DNA of 64,000 bases from NCBI RefSeq assembly GCF_025526975.1, contig NW_026515674.1:620001-684000 (forward strand). Reading direction: 5' to 3'. A program made the translations under genes and the position numbers. Under the pieces are notes generated by a model, which did not search any database, was not told the origin of the DNA, and saw only the letters and a program-made list of their open reading frames with translations. Origin of the DNA: Fimicolochytrium jonesii (Eukaryota). Position 1 is the stretch's first letter; every line of letters starts with the position of its first letter. Positions 61,553-64,000 of the stretch are shown piece after piece.

Positions 61553-62765
61553 TTACTCTGGTATGTCCAGGAGATCATGCAGCGCGTCGGCCAGCCCGTA
61601 GTCCGCAGCAACCTCGCGGGCCCGATATAACGGAATCCTGGAAACAACAGTCCACTTAGCCTCGGATCCGAACCCCGACAGCGCGAATTTGAAAAATTCA
61701 AACATACCAAGTTCCTTGATATTTCCCGTACCCGCCCTGAATCTTCTCATGTTCACCCTGATGCACCTCCCGTTCCAAAACCTTCGTCCTCCGGCTCTTT
61801 TCCATTCCCGCCGCTTTCAATATATGCGTAGCGTTAATCCACGAATCTGATTTCCGCCGCATTACTCCTACGCCATTCGGGGCCTCGAGTTCATAGACTC
61901 GGGTATTCGAGTAGGTCGCTTCGTATATCCCTTCGCGGGGGGGGTTGAAAGACGCGAGCTGGCGGGCCGGTAGCGACGGTGCGCCGCGACGGCTAGGGGT
62001 GGGGTTACTGCCAAACGTGCCGAAATTGCCTGGACTGTTGCCGCCGGTTGTGTAGTTATTGGAATTGCCGCGTGAGTATCCTCGCCGAATTGGGATAGGG
62101 AAGTTAGAGGGATTGAATGCTGGGACAGAGACGGCTGGATGCATGAACTGCTGCTGTGCGTATGGTGTTTGTGTTGTATATGGCATCGACGTATAAGCGT
62201 GGAGTTGGGGATTCGCATGTTGTGGGTGACCGGCCAACGTAGTTGGGTAGAAAGGTGCCTGCTGTAGCGCTGGCTGCTGATGCAGCTGATACTGAGTGGG
62301 AGGTACCGATATTGGATTGGCAGTTGAGTAATAGTTTTGCTGCAGCGGTGGCATCGTCAGTCCCCCAAGGTGGCTCAAGGCTAGCGCTGGGTAGTTAAGC
62401 TGTTGTGCCAATGAGGTCCCAGTCATCATCTGCGTCATTTCATGCGCTGCGCCTGACCGGACTGCGGGCGTCTGCGCTGAAAACGATGGCGCATTGACCG
62501 AGGACGTGCCTGCAGAAGGGACCTGCGTAACGTGTGGTGCAGCTGTCGGCATCGGAGCAAGCGCATATCGCGGATCTTTCCATGGCTCATATGGTGGGTG
62601 GGGCAGTGGAGGAACAAGGGCGGTTGGGTATACTGTCGGTGGTGTCGGTGGTCGTGCTGGAAGGAGAAGGAAGTCTTCCGAGGAACCGTCGTCGTTTTCG
62701 TCTCGCAAGATGTTGAGGTGAGGTTGAGGGGGTGGCAAAGGAAGGGAGACAGTTGCGGTAGCCAT
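61553..62765 (-). CDS. APSES/KilA-N DNA-binding protein (Mbp1/Swi4-type domain) at the C-terminus, no ankyrin repeats
   Basis: IYEATYSNTRVYE..VMRRKSDSWINATHILKAAG..RTKVLEREV..HEKIQGGYGKYQGTW|IPLYRAREVA; one intron ~61639-61705. Confidence 0.9.
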
Positions 62766-63331
62766 TTTGAAGAGTCCGAACTCTCCGCTGCGTTTTCAAC
62801 CGTCTCTAAGCTTGGAGCCACTGAAGCGGCGATCGATAACTCTGCTGTAATTGGGTAGCGGGATGTCCGCCGCTAAGCCAATTATCGTTTTGTAGTGAGG
62901 AGCCTATCAGTGAGAAAAGCCGACACGCATATGTAAGAGCGAAAGTGGTTTCTACCGAGTTCTCATGTTGGTCAGCAATGCGGCGGATTTTAAGAGTGCT
63001 GGTTCGATTCCCGACACTAGCAAAAACCCTCACGAAGGTGCAGCATCAACTTCAGCACAGCAGTAAAAAGGTCGGATTCTAGAGATTTCATAATAAAGTC
63101 ACTTTCTTCTGAAGCAAACCTCCTCCATCGCCGGTCGCACAATTGACGTTTGTGAAGCTCTGATGTTTTTGCAACATGATATGCTTTATTATTTTTCGTA
63201 TGTATATACAAAATTGTTGGCGACATGAAGTTGCTTCGTTGCCATACCCCAAAGGACCTTCCCAATGCTCCCACATGCGATCGAATCATTCCATATTGTT
63301 AAGCTAACTCTCCAGATTTTGGGACAGCGAT

Positions 63332-64000
63332 TCACTTGGGGGTGTCAGCGATCCTGTACGCCAGCTTCTTTCCGCTGACCTTGTCCTTCCTCAACAAATC
63401 CAAGCCGTCGATGATACCCTTCAATCCCTTCTCCTTAACCTCAAGAGGGTGGGGCTTCAGCTTCCCGCCCGCGAGCAGCTTTTCCGAAATCTCCCAGAAC
63501 TTGGTAGCGTAGGCGTAGTCCTCTGGGATCGCATCCTTGGTGACGCCGAAGGTGGAGAAGGGCTCGCCGAAAGCGGTGTAGGCGAGGGTGGAGGTCCAGC
63601 TGACGTCGTCGCGTGGCGCTTTGGTGGGCAGGAGGCCAGAGTACTTTCCTTTGGGCGCAAGCACGCCGGCGGAGATTTTGGCCGAGCCTTCGAGGGAGAT
63701 GGTGTCGAAGACGTGGGTGAGGCTGTTGTTGGTGGCGGCTTTGATCTTGTTGATCACCTCAGGGTCGTTCTGTGCGGTGGAGAATCGTGCGTGAGTTCGA
63801 CGTGGTGCTTCATCTATAGTTCTTCCATATACAGCAGTGACGCATCCGAAAACTTACGTAGTCAAAGACCTCATCGGCACCCAATGACTTTACCAAGTCA
63901 AAGTTCCTCGGCGAGCAGGTAGTGATGACCTTCCATCCCACCAGCTTCGCATACTGAATCGCAAGAGTACCCGTAGCAGTGGATCCACCATACACCAAGA
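63332..64000 (-). CDS. MDR-superfamily enoyl-reductase-like oxidoreductase (TOXD-like), 5' part outside the window
   Basis: [54 protein letters not shown]. Confidence 0.88.

Noticed and set aside
62945..63022. tRNA-like T-loop/B-box ggttcgattccc
   Set aside because: The flanks do not pair into a T-stem or acceptor stem and no cloverleaf could be built; at most a degenerate Pol III element

Overview
Eukaryotic, gene-dense fungal nuclear DNA with many short GT-AG introns. The gene set (fungal APSES factor together with animal-like TMEM70, NUFIP1, CCDC97 and CPVL-type homologues) suggests an early-diverging fungus such as a chytrid (inference). Most of the window is housekeeping genes: DID2/CHMP1, ABC-F, NPC2/ML, kinesin-5, ARG8, DCN1, GCP2, a GPCR, a RasGAP, an arrestin, an S10 carboxypeptidase, epsin, NUFIP1, RPC34, CCDC97, MAK10, a J-protein, an APSES factor and an MDR reductase. 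The standout is an intronless ~3.6 kb island (~49.0-52.7 kb) between RPC34 and CCDC97. It carries a 5'-truncated, frameshifted major capsid protein of a giant DNA virus (Nucleocytoviricota), convergent with a broken Zn-finger/tandem HNH-like/NUMOD1-like endonuclease gene, i.e. a decaying endogenous giant-virus fragment. Secondary oddities are an F-BAR-PH-C2-RasGAP fusion, an ankyrin-less C-terminal KilA-N/APSES factor, an orphan HEXXH gene, a poly-C plus hairpin-rich tract, a 5-nt microexon in the kinesin P-loop and an ATG split by an intron. All calls are by-eye motif recognition; exon boundaries are manual and no searches were run.
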